DNA from: Candidatus Saccharimonadota bacterium
GTDB lineage: Bacteria > Patescibacteriota > Saccharimonadia > Saccharimonadales > Saccharimonadaceae
Reading direction: 5' to 3'
Length of the DNA stretch: 64,000 nt
Assembly (NCBI GenBank): GCA_017514905.1
Contig: JAFWIK010000001.1
Span: forward strand, 1,630-65,629
The notes beneath the pieces are model-generated. The model saw nothing but the letters and a program-made list of their open reading frames with translations, ran no database searches and was not told the DNA's origin. The position numbers and the translations under genes were made by a program. Positions 1-9,729 of the stretch are shown here, piece after piece; positions within the stretch are counted from its first letter, which is position 1; each line of letters starts with the position of its first letter.

Positions 1-197
1 TGGTTTTAGGGGCAGTTCGCTAATCAATATACATAATTAGCGGACTTCGCAGGAGACCAAACATATGCCTAAAAAGCCAAAAGAAAGTGATAAGAAAACA
101 GATATCACAAAAGAAGTAGAAAAAGAAGCAAAAAAGGCTCCATTTCAATCTGTTAGAGCCTCTTTCATTCTTGACTTTTATGGACTCTCGTTCAATA

Positions 198-216
198 TGG
201 CTCCCGGGACTGGGCT
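198..216 (-). repeat. 19-bp direct copy of the tRNA-Asn 3' end (att-like scar)
   Basis: TGGCTCCCGGGACTGGGCT occurs at 198-216 and at 457-475 (tRNA 3' end including CCA). Confidence 0.85.
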
Positions 217-456
217 AGACTTTTGCTAGCGCAAAAGTCTTCCGCCGGGCGTCGGCTCAAAAAAATCCCAGATCAATCTGGGATTTTTATTCGCCTCCTA
301 CGGCGGGCGAACCAGCTTCGCTGGTTCTCGCCCAGCCCACTAGAACAACCAAATTTGAAGTTGAAAGGCGCCAGATTGGTGTTTTCTTCGCGCGAAGCGC
401 GATTATTGATCGAGCGAGCACGAAAAAACGCCGAGATGGCGCCTTTCAATTCAAAT

Positions 457-531
457 TGGCTCCCGGGACTGGGCTCGAACCAGCAACCTCGAAGTTAACA
501 GCTTCTTGCTCCACCATTGAGCTACCCGGGA
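457..531 (-). tRNA. tRNA-Asn (GTT)
   Basis: Reverse complement folds as a cloverleaf: acceptor TCCCGGG/CCCGGGA, anticodon loop CT-GTT-AA, T-loop GTTCGAG, 3' GCCA; TGCTATAAT just upstream. Confidence 0.97.
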
Positions 532-632
532 ATACCTCTCTATTATAGCATATTTTTAGAAAATGTGATAAAATTAGATAAACGATATTTTTTGTGTATT
601 TAATACACTAAGAATAAACAGAAAGGAGCACT

Positions 633-2399
633 ATGGAACAAAAAACCATCCAAATTGCCGGTTCTATCACTGTAGATGAGCTATCAAAAGCGCTCGGCCT
701 TTCTGTTACCGAGCTTATTGGTACGCTTTTCAAAAATGGTATCGTCGCAACTATTAACCAGCGTCTAGATTTTGAGACCGCCAGTATTATTATTGATGAA
801 CTTGGACTCAAAAACGTTAAACTCGAAAAAAAGAACACTTCTACTAAAACTTCAGACTATCGTAGGGAACTATCCGATAAAGCCACGGTGCGTCCACCAG
901 TAGTTGCGGTGATGGGCCACGTAGATCATGGCAAAACTACGCTTTTAGATACTTTACTTCATAAAAAGACCGTCGAAAAAGAAGCTGGTGGCATTACTCA
1001 GCATATTTCCGCCTATCAATTGAAACATAATGACAGATTAATTACTTTCCTTGATACCCCAGGGCACGAAGCATTTGCGGCAATTCGTCAGCACGGTGCA
1101 ATGCTCACTGACATTGTCGTAATTGTAGTAGCTGCCGATGACGGTGTAAAGCCACAAACTGTAGAGGCTATCAACTTTGCCAAGTCCGCAAATGCTAAGA
1201 TTATCGTCGCTATCAATAAAATTGATCGCGAGGGTGCCGACATTCAACGTACCATGGCTGATCTTTCCCAGCATGGTTTGCAACCTGAAGAGTGGGGCGG
1301 CGACATTGTAATGGTGCCAATTTCCGCTAAACAGAATCAAAATCTTGATAAACTTCTCGATATGATTCTTTTGACTGCCGACATTGAGGAGCTTAAAGCC
1401 GACACCGACATTCCAGCCGAAGGTCTAGTTATTGAATCCCATATGGAAGTAGGTAAAGGCTCAGTTGTAAACCTCTTGGTGACTGGCGGGGAATTAAAAA
1501 CTGGGGAATTTGTAGTAGCTGGTTCTACCTATGGCAAAGTCCGCACCATGCTAGATTGGAAGGGAAAACCAAAGGGCAAAGCTACTCCATCTACTCCAGT
1601 TACTATCACTGGTTTTAAGGATTTGCCAAACTTCGGTGATCGCTTCATTGAGGCTAAAGACGAAAAAACAGCTCGCAAAATGGCGCTTCTCAATGCTCAA
1701 GCCGCCGCTGATGAGTCTGCCGATGCTAATGTTACGAGTAGCGACCTTCTCCGCATGATGAACGTAGCCGATAATACAAAAACCTTTAATGTAATCGTTA
1801 AGGGCGACGTGCTTGGTTCTGTCACATCAGTAGTAGACAGTCTCCGTCTGATTGATACCAAAGGTGAAATCACCCTCAACATTGTTTCTACTGGTGTTGG
1901 CGATATCAACGAAAACGATGTTTATATGGCTGCCGACGAAAAAACCATTATCTATGGTTTCAATGTAACTGTTCCGATTAACATTTCCAAAATGGCCGCC
2001 CGTGACGGTGTCAAAATCCGTACCTTCCGCGTGATTTATGAACTTCTAGATGACGCTAAACACGAAATGGAGAATCTCCTCGACGCTGAGATTGTCGAAG
2101 AGGATAAGGGTGAGCTCAAAGTTCTTGGCGTCTTTCGTACTGAAAAAACTAGCATCATCGCTGGTGGTGAAGTCTTAAAAGGCGATGTGAAGCCGACTTA
2201 TCTTGCTCGTGTAATTCGTGATAAAAAGTACCTTGGTGAAGCCGAAGTTACCTCTGTCCAAAAAGAGAAAATGGATGTCGATAATTTAGTTGCCGGTGAG
2301 ACTGGCGGTTTGGCGCTTTCTACCAAATCTAAAATCGAACTCCAAATTGGCGATCGTCTACAATTCTTTACTCGCGAGGCCAAAAAACGCACATTGTAA
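633..2399 (+). CDS. infB: Translation initiation factor IF-2 (short form)
   Basis: GHVDHGKTT, DTPGHEAF and NKID motifs; SD AAAGGAG upstream. Confidence 0.98.
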   Translation: MEQKTIQIAGSITVDELSKALGLSVTELIGTLFKNGIVATINQRLDFETASIIIDELGLKNVKLEKKNTSTKTSDYRRELSDKATVRPPVVAVMGHVDHGKTTLLDTLLHKKTVEKEAGGITQHISAYQLKHNDRLITFLDTPGHEAFAAIRQHGAMLTDIVVIVVAADDGVKPQTVEAINFAKSANAKIIVAINKIDREGADIQRTMADLSQHGLQPEEWGGDIVMVPISAKQNQNLDKLLDMILLTADIEELKADTDIPAEGLVIESHMEVGKGSVVNLLVTGGELKTGEFVVAGSTYGKVRTMLDWKGKPKGKATPSTPVTITGFKDLPNFGDRFIEAKDEKTARKMALLNAQAAADESADANVTSSDLLRMMNVADNTKTFNVIVKGDVLGSVTSVVDSLRLIDTKGEITLNIVSTGVGDINENDVYMAADEKTIIYGFNVTVPINISKMAARDGVKIRTFRVIYELLDDAKHEMENLLDAEIVEEDKGELKVLGVFRTEKTSIIAGGEVLKGDVKPTYLARVIRDKKYLGEAEVTSVQKEKMDVDNLVAGETGGLALSTKSKIELQIGDRLQFFTREAKKRTL

Positions 2400-2423
2400 A
2401 CATAAGTATGTTATAATAAAGCC

Positions 2424-2717
2424 ATGGAATTTAACGAACAATTTTTGCAAGAGATGGGCCTTTCGGCGATGCCGGAAGAGCAAAAACAAAAGTTCTTAGA
2501 TTATATCCAAGAAGAACTCGAGATTCGCATTGGTGAGCGGATTTCTAGAGGCTTGACCGAAGAACAACTTAACGAATTTGATATGATCACCGATCAGGCC
2601 GAAGCCACCAAATGGCTCGAAAAAAATCGTCCAGATTACCGTGAAATTGTTAATCGTACTATTGAAGAGCTCAAAGCTGAAATTCGCGCCAACCGCGCTC
2701 GTCTTGTCGGCGCCTAA
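2424..2717 (+). CDS. Small helical CPR-type hypothetical protein (DUF5663-like)
   Basis: 97-aa ORF with pattern LE.RIG.RIS.GL..EQL.EF...ATKWLE.NRPDYR; leaderless start 6 nt after TGtTATAAT. Confidence 0.75.
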   Translation: MEFNEQFLQEMGLSAMPEEQKQKFLDYIQEELEIRIGERISRGLTEEQLNEFDMITDQAEATKWLEKNRPDYREIVNRTIEELKAEIRANRARLVGA

Positions 2718-3490
2718 CGCCCATATCCGTTAATAAAGCTTTTGGCATCCATCGGTTTTCGTCCTTCGGGCTGTAATCTGTCTACAACTACTAAAGCCCC
2801 GTCAGCACAGGGAATTGAGAGTAGTGCTGTCTCACCCCGCTTTAATATGTGTGCCTCTAAAACAATACAAGAAAGGCCAAAGAACGTATACTTCGGTTTT
2901 GGATAACCCTGATAAGCTATGATTTTTCGAAAAGTTACCTCCGCGGTATCCGTTTCCGGTGTTAAAATCCCCATTTTTTTCTCTAGCTTTCCGCAGAACG
3001 TCGCATCTTTATCATTTTGTAAAATCGGTTTTGGCAAATTTGTCAAATTCTGTGCCACCCATTCCGCCCCTGTTTCCGCTAATGCCTTGTAAATTTCGTT
3101 TTTACTAATTGGTAGATTCATGAGTGTTTTTTGCCAGTAAATCGGTCCCGCATCCATTGCTTTGGCGAGTTTCATTACCGATACTGAGAAGTCATTATCT
3201 CCGGCTAGAATTGCCGATTCAATTGGAGAGGCCCCCCTGTATTTTGGTAGTAACGATGGATGGATATTCAAAATCCCTTCCGGCTCAAACAGTTCCAAAA
3301 GCTCAGGGGAAATTAGAACTCCAAAAGAGGCTAATACGGCGTGCGTCTCGGGACATTCACGTTTTAACCGAGCTACTTCTTTTAGATCCTCCTTGATCTT
3401 TGCGTGAAAAATGATTTGGCACTCTTTATCTAGAACTGCTAATGCATATTCTGCCAGAGGTCCATTTCCTAGAAAAATCACTTTTTCCAT
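2714..3490 (-). CDS. fmt: Methionyl-tRNA formyltransferase
   Basis: LNIHPSLLPKYRGASPI and MDAGPI motifs; adjacent to def. Confidence 0.95.
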   Translation of the reverse strand: MEKVIFLGNGPLAEYALAVLDKECQIIFHAKIKEDLKEVARLKRECPETHAVLASFGVLISPELLELFEPEGILNIHPSLLPKYRGASPIESAILAGDNDFSVSVMKLAKAMDAGPIYWQKTLMNLPISKNEIYKALAETGAEWVAQNLTNLPKPILQNDKDATFCGKLEKKMGILTPETDTAEVTFRKIIAYQGYPKPKYTFFGLSCIVLEAHILKRGETALLSIPCADGALVVVDRLQPEGRKPMDAKSFINGYGR

Positions 3491-3496
3491 CTAAAA

Positions 3497-4069
3497 TTAC
3501 TCCTCACCCCAAAGCTCTTTATTATCAGCTATTTCAGAATCATAATCTACTGGCTCTAAATCACCCTTGTCGTTCATCTTGTAAAAGGCATCTTTAACCC
3601 CCTTAATATGGTCGATAAACAAAATCCCGTTTAGATGGTCAATTTCGTGAAGCAAAGTCCGCGCAAGCTCATCTGTTGCCTTGATTCGCACTTCTGTGCC
3701 ATCTTCGAGCTTTGCCTTAATTCGTACCTTAGTCTCCCGTGGCACCATACCGTAAACTGTTGGCACAGATAAACATCCTTCATAGTCTTTTTTTACTTTA
3801 CCCTCAGCCTTAATCACCTCTGGATTAATCAAAGCTGTAAAAGAAGCATTTTTCTTGTCATTCATATCATCGCGCACAATGATGATGCGTTTATTCACCC
3901 CCATCTGAGGCGCTGCCATCGCTGCCGAAAGCTCATAAGGGTGTTTTTTCTCCCAGTCTAGCGATAGTTTTCGCATATCAGCAATAATCCCTAAAATCTC
4001 ATCATCGATCTTATGGACTTTCTCCGATTTCTCCCTTAAACGCTTATCTGGCGTGGTAATTATTTTCAT
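3497..4069 (-). CDS. def: Peptide deformylase
   Basis: AAPQMG, EGCLS and HEIDH motifs; start moved to MKIIT (ATG 6 nt after TATAAT). Confidence 0.96.
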   Translation of the reverse strand: MKIITTPDKRLREKSEKVHKIDDEILGIIADMRKLSLDWEKKHPYELSAAMAAPQMGVNKRIIIVRDDMNDKKNASFTALINPEVIKAEGKVKKDYEGCLSVPTVYGMVPRETKVRIKAKLEDGTEVRIKATDELARTLLHEIDHLNGILFIDHIKGVKDAFYKMNDKGDLEPVDYDSEIADNKELWGEE

Positions 4070-4076
4070 AAGGATA

Positions 4077-5024
4077 TTATACCACAATTACCTCTGTGGA
4101 ATCAAGGTCGTAATCTTTCAGACTCACGCTTTTAATTGCGGGGTCTTCATAGGTGTTGTAATAATAAGTCTTCGTCGCTGTTGAATAACCACCGGTATAG
4201 ATCGTCTTTTCGCAAGTACCGTCTGCCATTTGGGCTGCGCCGTCAATCATCGCTACTCCGGTCAAAGTATGAAATAACCTTGACACATTAGCATCTTCAC
4301 CCGATTGCGTTGGATAGTGCGTATTGAGGTAAGCTACTCGTACAAACCGAGATGGGGAATAATAATCACCTGGCATCCCTCGCATCAGAGAACCACTACC
4401 AAAAGCTCTCATCACAGCTTTACCCCACTTCACACCTTTTGGCATCAGTGGAAACAGATTCATATAATTACGCAAATTTTCTTGGTGCCATCCGTATCCT
4501 GGCTGGTTCGTCAAAATATCCACGTCGTTCTCGAAGATCTCCATTCCTTTTTTGGTGTATTCTACCACGATCGAACGGTCTTTGTCTCCAATAATCCAGT
4601 GTAGTTGCGATACTGGGTACTGATCATTAATCGGCTTTGCGATAATTGCTACCTCTTTCAATGCCTTTTCTGCTTCGTCTACAGTGGTGAAATTGAGCGC
4701 TATCCAGAGCGGAAATTCATACGCCGCCACATTGGTTTTTCCATCTATTGGCGCCTCTTCGTAAGCTGCGTAACCAGGGAAATTTAGCCCAGCAATCGCA
4801 AGTCCATTTTCATTCGCACAGTCGAAATAAAGAGGTGTGTTTTCGGCAACAATCCCCATACCGATTAGTACCGGAGAATTCGCCATTTCGCCTAGAAATG
4901 CTGATTTGTATTTATACCCCCGCGGCGTGATCACGACTTTCTGACCATAAGGGGTAGACCAGTCTAAATTCCGACCAAAATACATATTTCCATGGTCGTC
5001 ACTAAACCTGACGCCTGTACACAT
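4077..5024 (-). CDS. bsh: Choloylglycine hydrolase / bile salt hydrolase (Ntn hydrolase)
   Basis: N-terminal M-C-T nucleophile, FGRNLDW, LTNQP and SPSRFVR; closely resembles my recollection of Bifidobacterium BSH; SD AGGAGG. Confidence 0.9.
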   Translation of the reverse strand: MCTGVRFSDDHGNMYFGRNLDWSTPYGQKVVITPRGYKYKSAFLGEMANSPVLIGMGIVAENTPLYFDCANENGLAIAGLNFPGYAAYEEAPIDGKTNVAAYEFPLWIALNFTTVDEAEKALKEVAIIAKPINDQYPVSQLHWIIGDKDRSIVVEYTKKGMEIFENDVDILTNQPGYGWHQENLRNYMNLFPLMPKGVKWGKAVMRAFGSGSLMRGMPGDYYSPSRFVRVAYLNTHYPTQSGEDANVSRLFHTLTGVAMIDGAAQMADGTCEKTIYTGGYSTATKTYYYNTYEDPAIKSVSLKDYDLDSTEVIVV

Positions 5025-5088
5025 ATAACCTCCTATTCTGTTAAATTCTTATGTCTATTTTATCACATTTTCACGAAAAATATATTCT

Positions 5089-7164
5089 TTATAACAACCC
5101 TACTGGATCAAGCGTTATTCTAAAATTCGAATCTAGCCCGACGCACGTTTCCATAAGCGCTTTTCTTGATCGACTTCGTACTATAATTTGCCAAGTATAA
5201 CCTTGTAAATTTCTCTCATGAAAAGACGGCTGAGGCGGAGAAACAGTCAATCTCTTATCGGCAGATAGATGTGAGACTAGTTCTCTTATTTTTTTTAGAA
5301 CCACCGCTTCAGTTTTCATGGTAATCTCGAGCTTCATCACGAAACTAAACGGCGGAAAACTAGATTTTTGTCGTTTCTTGATCAAATATTCATAAAATCC
5401 CAAATAATCCTCTTGTCGTGCTAGCTCTAGTACTGGATGTTCTGGCCGAAAAGTCTGCACAAACACTTCAGCAGTCCTAAGATGACCCCGACCCACTCGT
5501 CCAATTACCTGAGTTAACAGTTGAAATACTCGCTCTTCTGCTACATAATCCGGTAGCGCCAATCCTGCATCCGCCTGCACTACTCCCACTGTGGCTAGTC
5601 TTGGTAAATCTAAACCTTTTGCCACTGTCTGTGTTCCGACCAAAATATCCACCGCGCCGTCTTTCACCTCATCATACACTGCTCCTAGTCCTTCGCCCTT
5701 TTTGTTATCAGCGTCAAATCGCCTTATCTTTGCTTTAGGAAATAACTTCTTGAGTTCCGCTTCTAAAAGTTTAGTTCCAAATCCCTTATGTACCAGCCCT
5801 GGCGTGCCACATTTCGGGCAAGCCACTGGTACCTTCTCTTTAAAACCACAAGTATGACAGACTAGTTCGTAGGTATCTGCGTGGAGTGTTAGAGGCAAAA
5901 AACACTGCGGACAAAGCAACTCCTCCCCACAGTTTTCGCAAATTGTGAGTGGGGCTGAGCCCCGTCGATTATGAAAAATTAGGGTTTGCTGGCTTGTTTC
6001 TATATTTCGTGAAATCGCCGCAAGCAGTGCATTTGCGAAATACTTATTTTTCGTAAAATTGTCTCGTTTTTTGAAATCTATAATCTTGATTTCTGGCTTT
6101 GTAGCTGTAGTTTTAGCTTTCTCTGATAACGTCACCACCGACCCTTGTTTAGAAGCAAGATAATAATCTTCAACCGTCGGAGTTGCTGAGCCAAGTATCA
6201 GGGAACATCCTGCCTCCTTTGCCATATAACTTGCTACTCTAATTGCCGAGTAACGGGGCGGATTTTCTTGATGGTAAGTCGACTCGTGTTCCTCATCGAT
6301 GATAACCAGACCTAAAGATGCAACTGGCGCAAACAGGGCAGATCTTGGTCCGAGTATTATCAAAGGATCAACGCTATTCAAAACTCTCTCAAAGATCAAA
6401 TGTCGTTCTGCCTCAGTTTGCTGGGAATGAATTAGAACAACTTTATCAGCAAAATACTCCCTGAACACCTGTACTAGTTGCCCCGTCAGCGCAATTTCTG
6501 GCACCAAAAGCACAACCGACTTTTGCTGTAAAAGGGCCCTAGAAGCCATTTTAACGTAGATATTGGTTTTACCACTACCAGTAACGCCAAACAGCAGTTT
6601 CGTTGTTCCTGGAGCCTCCTGGAGGCCTTTCAGGGCCTTTTTTTGCGCAGGGTTCAGTTGCACAAATGGAAAAACCGGGTGGTGTTTGGCTTTGTCTGGC
6701 GACGGGTGACGTAAGCATTCTAGCGAAGGGGCATTTCGGAGCGCGGCAGCGCGAGAATTAGCGCGCTCGCCCCGTGGCGACGGGCGCGAGCGACGCGGCC
6801 CCGAGCAGAATGCTTCGTCAGGACCCGTCGTAGACAAAGGTTTTCCGAACATTTGTTCGGTTTTTCGTCGCTTTTTCTGCACTCCTTGGGGTAGCATCAG
6901 TGAGATCGCCTGCCCCATCGGCACCATATAATAATTATGGATAAACTCCGCAGTCTTCATTAAATGTGCCGGTAGCGGCTTTGAATACAATATCTTCGTA
7001 ATCGCTCGAGTTTTGAACTCAGGTTGAGCAACTTTTTTAACAACTACACCCGGTACCACCCTTTTAGAAAGCGGCACCATCACGATTTGCCCCACTAACA
7101 GGGAACTATCATAACTATATGTCAAAGCCTCCACTTTACCCTCTGGCACAACCTCATAGAACAT
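5089..7164 (-). CDS. priA: Primosomal protein N' helicase, with an in-frame ~50-aa palindromic insertion
   Basis: GVTGSGKT, DEEH, SATP and two Cys-rich zinc motifs; start moved to MFYEV. Confidence 0.96.
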   Translation of the reverse strand: MFYEVVPEGKVEALTYSYDSSLLVGQIVMVPLSKRVVPGVVVKKVAQPEFKTRAITKILYSKPLPAHLMKTAEFIHNYYMVPMGQAISLMLPQGVQKKRRKTEQMFGKPLSTTGPDEAFCSGPRRSRPSPRGERANSRAAALRNAPSLECLRHPSPDKAKHHPVFPFVQLNPAQKKALKGLQEAPGTTKLLFGVTGSGKTNIYVKMASRALLQQKSVVLLVPEIALTGQLVQVFREYFADKVVLIHSQQTEAERHLIFERVLNSVDPLIILGPRSALFAPVASLGLVIIDEEHESTYHQENPPRYSAIRVASYMAKEAGCSLILGSATPTVEDYYLASKQGSVVTLSEKAKTTATKPEIKIIDFKKRDNFTKNKYFANALLAAISRNIETSQQTLIFHNRRGSAPLTICENCGEELLCPQCFLPLTLHADTYELVCHTCGFKEKVPVACPKCGTPGLVHKGFGTKLLEAELKKLFPKAKIRRFDADNKKGEGLGAVYDEVKDGAVDILVGTQTVAKGLDLPRLATVGVVQADAGLALPDYVAEERVFQLLTQVIGRVGRGHLRTAEVFVQTFRPEHPVLELARQEDYLGFYEYLIKKRQKSSFPPFSFVMKLEITMKTEAVVLKKIRELVSHLSADKRLTVSPPQPSFHERNLQGYTWQIIVRSRSRKALMETCVGLDSNFRITLDPVGLL
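6690..6839. repeat. Intragenic palindromic element, copy A (in priA)
   Basis: Nested inverted repeats CTTTGTCTG/TAGACAAAG, CGACGGGT/ACCCGTCG, AAGCATTCT/AGAATGCTT; core hairpin shared with copies at 35626 and 63005. Confidence 0.9.
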
Positions 7165-7280
7165 GTCTCTATTATACACTACTTGTCTTTTAACAATCAA
7201 AAAGTGGCGAAGCGTTCAATTAAAAAAGCGTTCAATTAAAAAAAGCGCCCAATCAAATCGGGCGCCAGTAGGTTAGATGG

Positions 7281-7592
7281 TTATTCTATATCACGCTCCA
7301 CACAGATATAGAAGTTGCTCGTAAAATCTTCTAAATCCTCTATTCTATCAAAACGAATAGTAAAGTCTACTACTCGTTTTTCGCTTTTTACTTCAAGAAT
7401 CGTTCCTCTTGCTGTCTCTGCCCATTTGACCAGAGCACGGCATTCGTCGTAGTTCTTCTTCAGCTCTTTGTCGAGAGCGCACTCTCCTAGTTTTTTGAAA
7501 TATTCCTGCCAATCATCGTTATCTGGTTTGAACAACAATACCGTTCTTGTCATTTTGGTTTCCACTGTAACCGTAAAGCCTTTTACGTTCAT
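7281..7592 (-). CDS. Hypothetical protein (103 aa), stand-alone transcription unit
   Basis: SD AAAGGAG before ATG at 7592; TTGCAT-17-TATAAT promoter near 7679-7707; terminator-like hairpin at 7245-7265. Confidence 0.75.
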   Translation of the reverse strand: MNVKGFTVTVETKMTRTVLLFKPDNDDWQEYFKKLGECALDKELKKNYDECRALVKWAETARGTILEVKSEKRVVDFTIRFDRIEDLEDFTSNFYICVERDIE

Positions 7593-7795
7593 AAGCCTCT
7601 CCTTTCGTGCATGCAAGATAACCATCCATCTTAAACTCCCATGTGTTTCTGCCAAAAGCAGCAACATCATATATCTTCATTATACCATATTTTATCAATA
7701 AATGCAAGCTAAAAGATTATCGATTCAGATACTAATACTTTGTTGTAATTTTTACAAAAACTATGCTATAATAGAGGAAGTTAAAGCGAGGTATT

Positions 7796-8086
7796 ATGTT
7801 AGAAATATTTGTGACGTCTCGGGTGCGCAGAAAAATTCTTGTAGTGTTTGCAAAGTATCCCGATTTTAAAACCCACGTGCGTGGTCTAGCCAGACTAATT
7901 AAAGAAGACCCCGGTAACATCCAAAGGGAACTAGAGCGTATGGCTGAAGGCGGATTTTTGCTCGTTACTAAAAAGGGCAAAACCAAGATTTATCAGACTA
8001 ACAAAAGCTTTCCCATTCTAAAGGAGCTTCAGAGTATCGTGATTAAGAGTCAAAAGGGAAATAAACCCAGCAAAACCATCGGCTAA
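7796..8086 (+). CDS. Winged helix-turn-helix protein (ArsR-like)
   Basis: HVRGLARLIKEDPGNIQRELERM HTH pattern followed by wing strands. Confidence 0.8.
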   Translation: MLEIFVTSRVRRKILVVFAKYPDFKTHVRGLARLIKEDPGNIQRELERMAEGGFLLVTKKGKTKIYQTNKSFPILKELQSIVIKSQKGNKPSKTIG

Positions 8087-8099
8087 TGGAGGCTAAAAA

Positions 8100-9722
8100 T
8101 TGAATAAAGTTTTTAAACGACTCTTAGACGCGCGCCATTTAGACCAATCTTTTTTGCATCCTAAATATGAAGATCTTGCTAATCCTAATCTATTGCCGGA
8201 CTGCAAAAAGGCCGTTAGTCGTATCAAAAAAGCCTTGATAGAAAACGAAAAAATTCTCGTTTACGGTGACTATGATGTCGACGGCGTCACTGCGAGCACG
8301 GTCATGGAGCAGGCTCTGATCCTCGCGGGAGCAAAAAAAGACCATATTGAGATTATGTTGCCTGACCGTTTTGCAGATGGTTATGGTATGAGCCCGCAAC
8401 TAATCAAAAAGGCCGAAAAAGACGGCATTTCGCTTGTTATTACGGTGGACTGCGGTTCTTCCAACCATGACATTATCACTGAGCTTAATCATCTCGGCAT
8501 CGATACCATCGTTACTGACCATCATGAAACTAAGGACACTTTGCCTGATGCGATCGCAATCGTCAATCCTAAGCGTCGCGACTATCAAGCCAGCTCTGGT
8601 TTGCGCGATCTTGCTGGTGTAGGCGTCGCTTTTAAACTTGCAACTGCCCTTAAACATGCCGGCCTCATCAAAAACGATCAAGAAAAATGGCTCCTTGATC
8701 TAGTCCTACTCGGCACCATTTGCGATAATATGTTACTCACTTCCGAAAATCGCATTCTTAGCTTCTACGGCCTTAAAGTTTTAGCTAAAACTCGGCGTCC
8801 CGGCTTGAAAGAATTAATGCAAAAAGCTGGAGTAAAAAATTTGAACGCCGAGTCAATCGGCTTTCAAATTGGTCCGCGTCTTAACGCAGCTGGTCGCCTT
8901 GATACTGCCGATCTCTCTTTAAACTTGCTCCGTGCCGACTCTCCTGTCACGGCTGCTGCCTTGGTCGAAAAACTTGAAGCCTTGAACAAAAAACGTAAAA
9001 ACGAACAACTTTTTGCTACTAAAGAAATTGAAAAACGTGGTGTTTCGGACGATCCCGTAATTATCGAAACCGGACATTGGCATGAAGGTATTCTTGGCAT
9101 CGTGGCTAGCCGCCTGGTAGAGGATTATCATCGGCCTGCTCTAGTCCTAACCGAGCTCGATCACCATATTTTCAAGGGGTCAGGCCGGAGCTTTGGCGAT
9201 TTTAACCTCGCTCAGGCCTTAGATTATACTAAGGAGTTTATCATTAATGGCGGTGGCCATGCTGGGGCTGCCGGTGTCAAAGTTGATGGCAAGAATCTCT
9301 ATCAGTTTCGCGAGAAAATCAATGATTACTATCGCTCTCTCCATCTTGTCAATCAAGAGGCCTTTTTTCGCTCGCACGCCGATCTTGATCTTAATGATTT
9401 TTCTGATCTAAATCTTGACCTTTTAGCTGATCTTAAAATGCTTGAACCTTTTGGGCCAGGGAATGAAGAGCCAATTTTCCGTCTCAAAAACGTCCAGATC
9501 ACAAGCGTCACCCGGATGGGAGCTGAACATAGTCATCTGCGTCTTGATCTCCGTGATAAGACCGGTAAAAACCTCAAGTGCCTTGCTTTTTTTGCCCCTG
9601 AATCCTGGCTGGGCCTCGATCCTGCCTGCGACCAAATTGAACCACTAATTAAGCTCACCGAAAACGATTTTAACGGCGTCCACTCCCTAGAAGCTCGCAT
9701 TATTGACATAAATATGTTATAA
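8100..9722 (+). CDS. recJ: ssDNA-specific exonuclease RecJ
   Basis: YGDYDVDG, ITVDCG, TDHH, GGGHAGAAG and EPFGPGN motifs. Confidence 0.96.
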   Translation: MNKVFKRLLDARHLDQSFLHPKYEDLANPNLLPDCKKAVSRIKKALIENEKILVYGDYDVDGVTASTVMEQALILAGAKKDHIEIMLPDRFADGYGMSPQLIKKAEKDGISLVITVDCGSSNHDIITELNHLGIDTIVTDHHETKDTLPDAIAIVNPKRRDYQASSGLRDLAGVGVAFKLATALKHAGLIKNDQEKWLLDLVLLGTICDNMLLTSENRILSFYGLKVLAKTRRPGLKELMQKAGVKNLNAESIGFQIGPRLNAAGRLDTADLSLNLLRADSPVTAAALVEKLEALNKKRKNEQLFATKEIEKRGVSDDPVIIETGHWHEGILGIVASRLVEDYHRPALVLTELDHHIFKGSGRSFGDFNLAQALDYTKEFIINGGGHAGAAGVKVDGKNLYQFREKINDYYRSLHLVNQEAFFRSHADLDLNDFSDLNLDLLADLKMLEPFGPGNEEPIFRLKNVQITSVTRMGAEHSHLRLDLRDKTGKNLKCLAFFAPESWLGLDPACDQIEPLIKLTENDFNGVHSLEARIIDINML

Positions 9723-9729
9723 TAGGGCC

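Noticed and set aside
65-229. 54-aa ORF with an AGGAG SD
   Set aside because: The second half reads through a terminator and the tRNA fragment; possibly a truncated gene but not supportable as a CDS.
223-498. 91-aa ORF
   Set aside because: Runs through the hairpin module and antisense across tRNA-Asn; no SD and no recognisable protein pattern.
7211-7242. Two tandem copies of AGCGTTCAATTAAAAA
   Set aside because: Only two units with no spacer; a local slippage duplication next to a terminator, not CRISPR.
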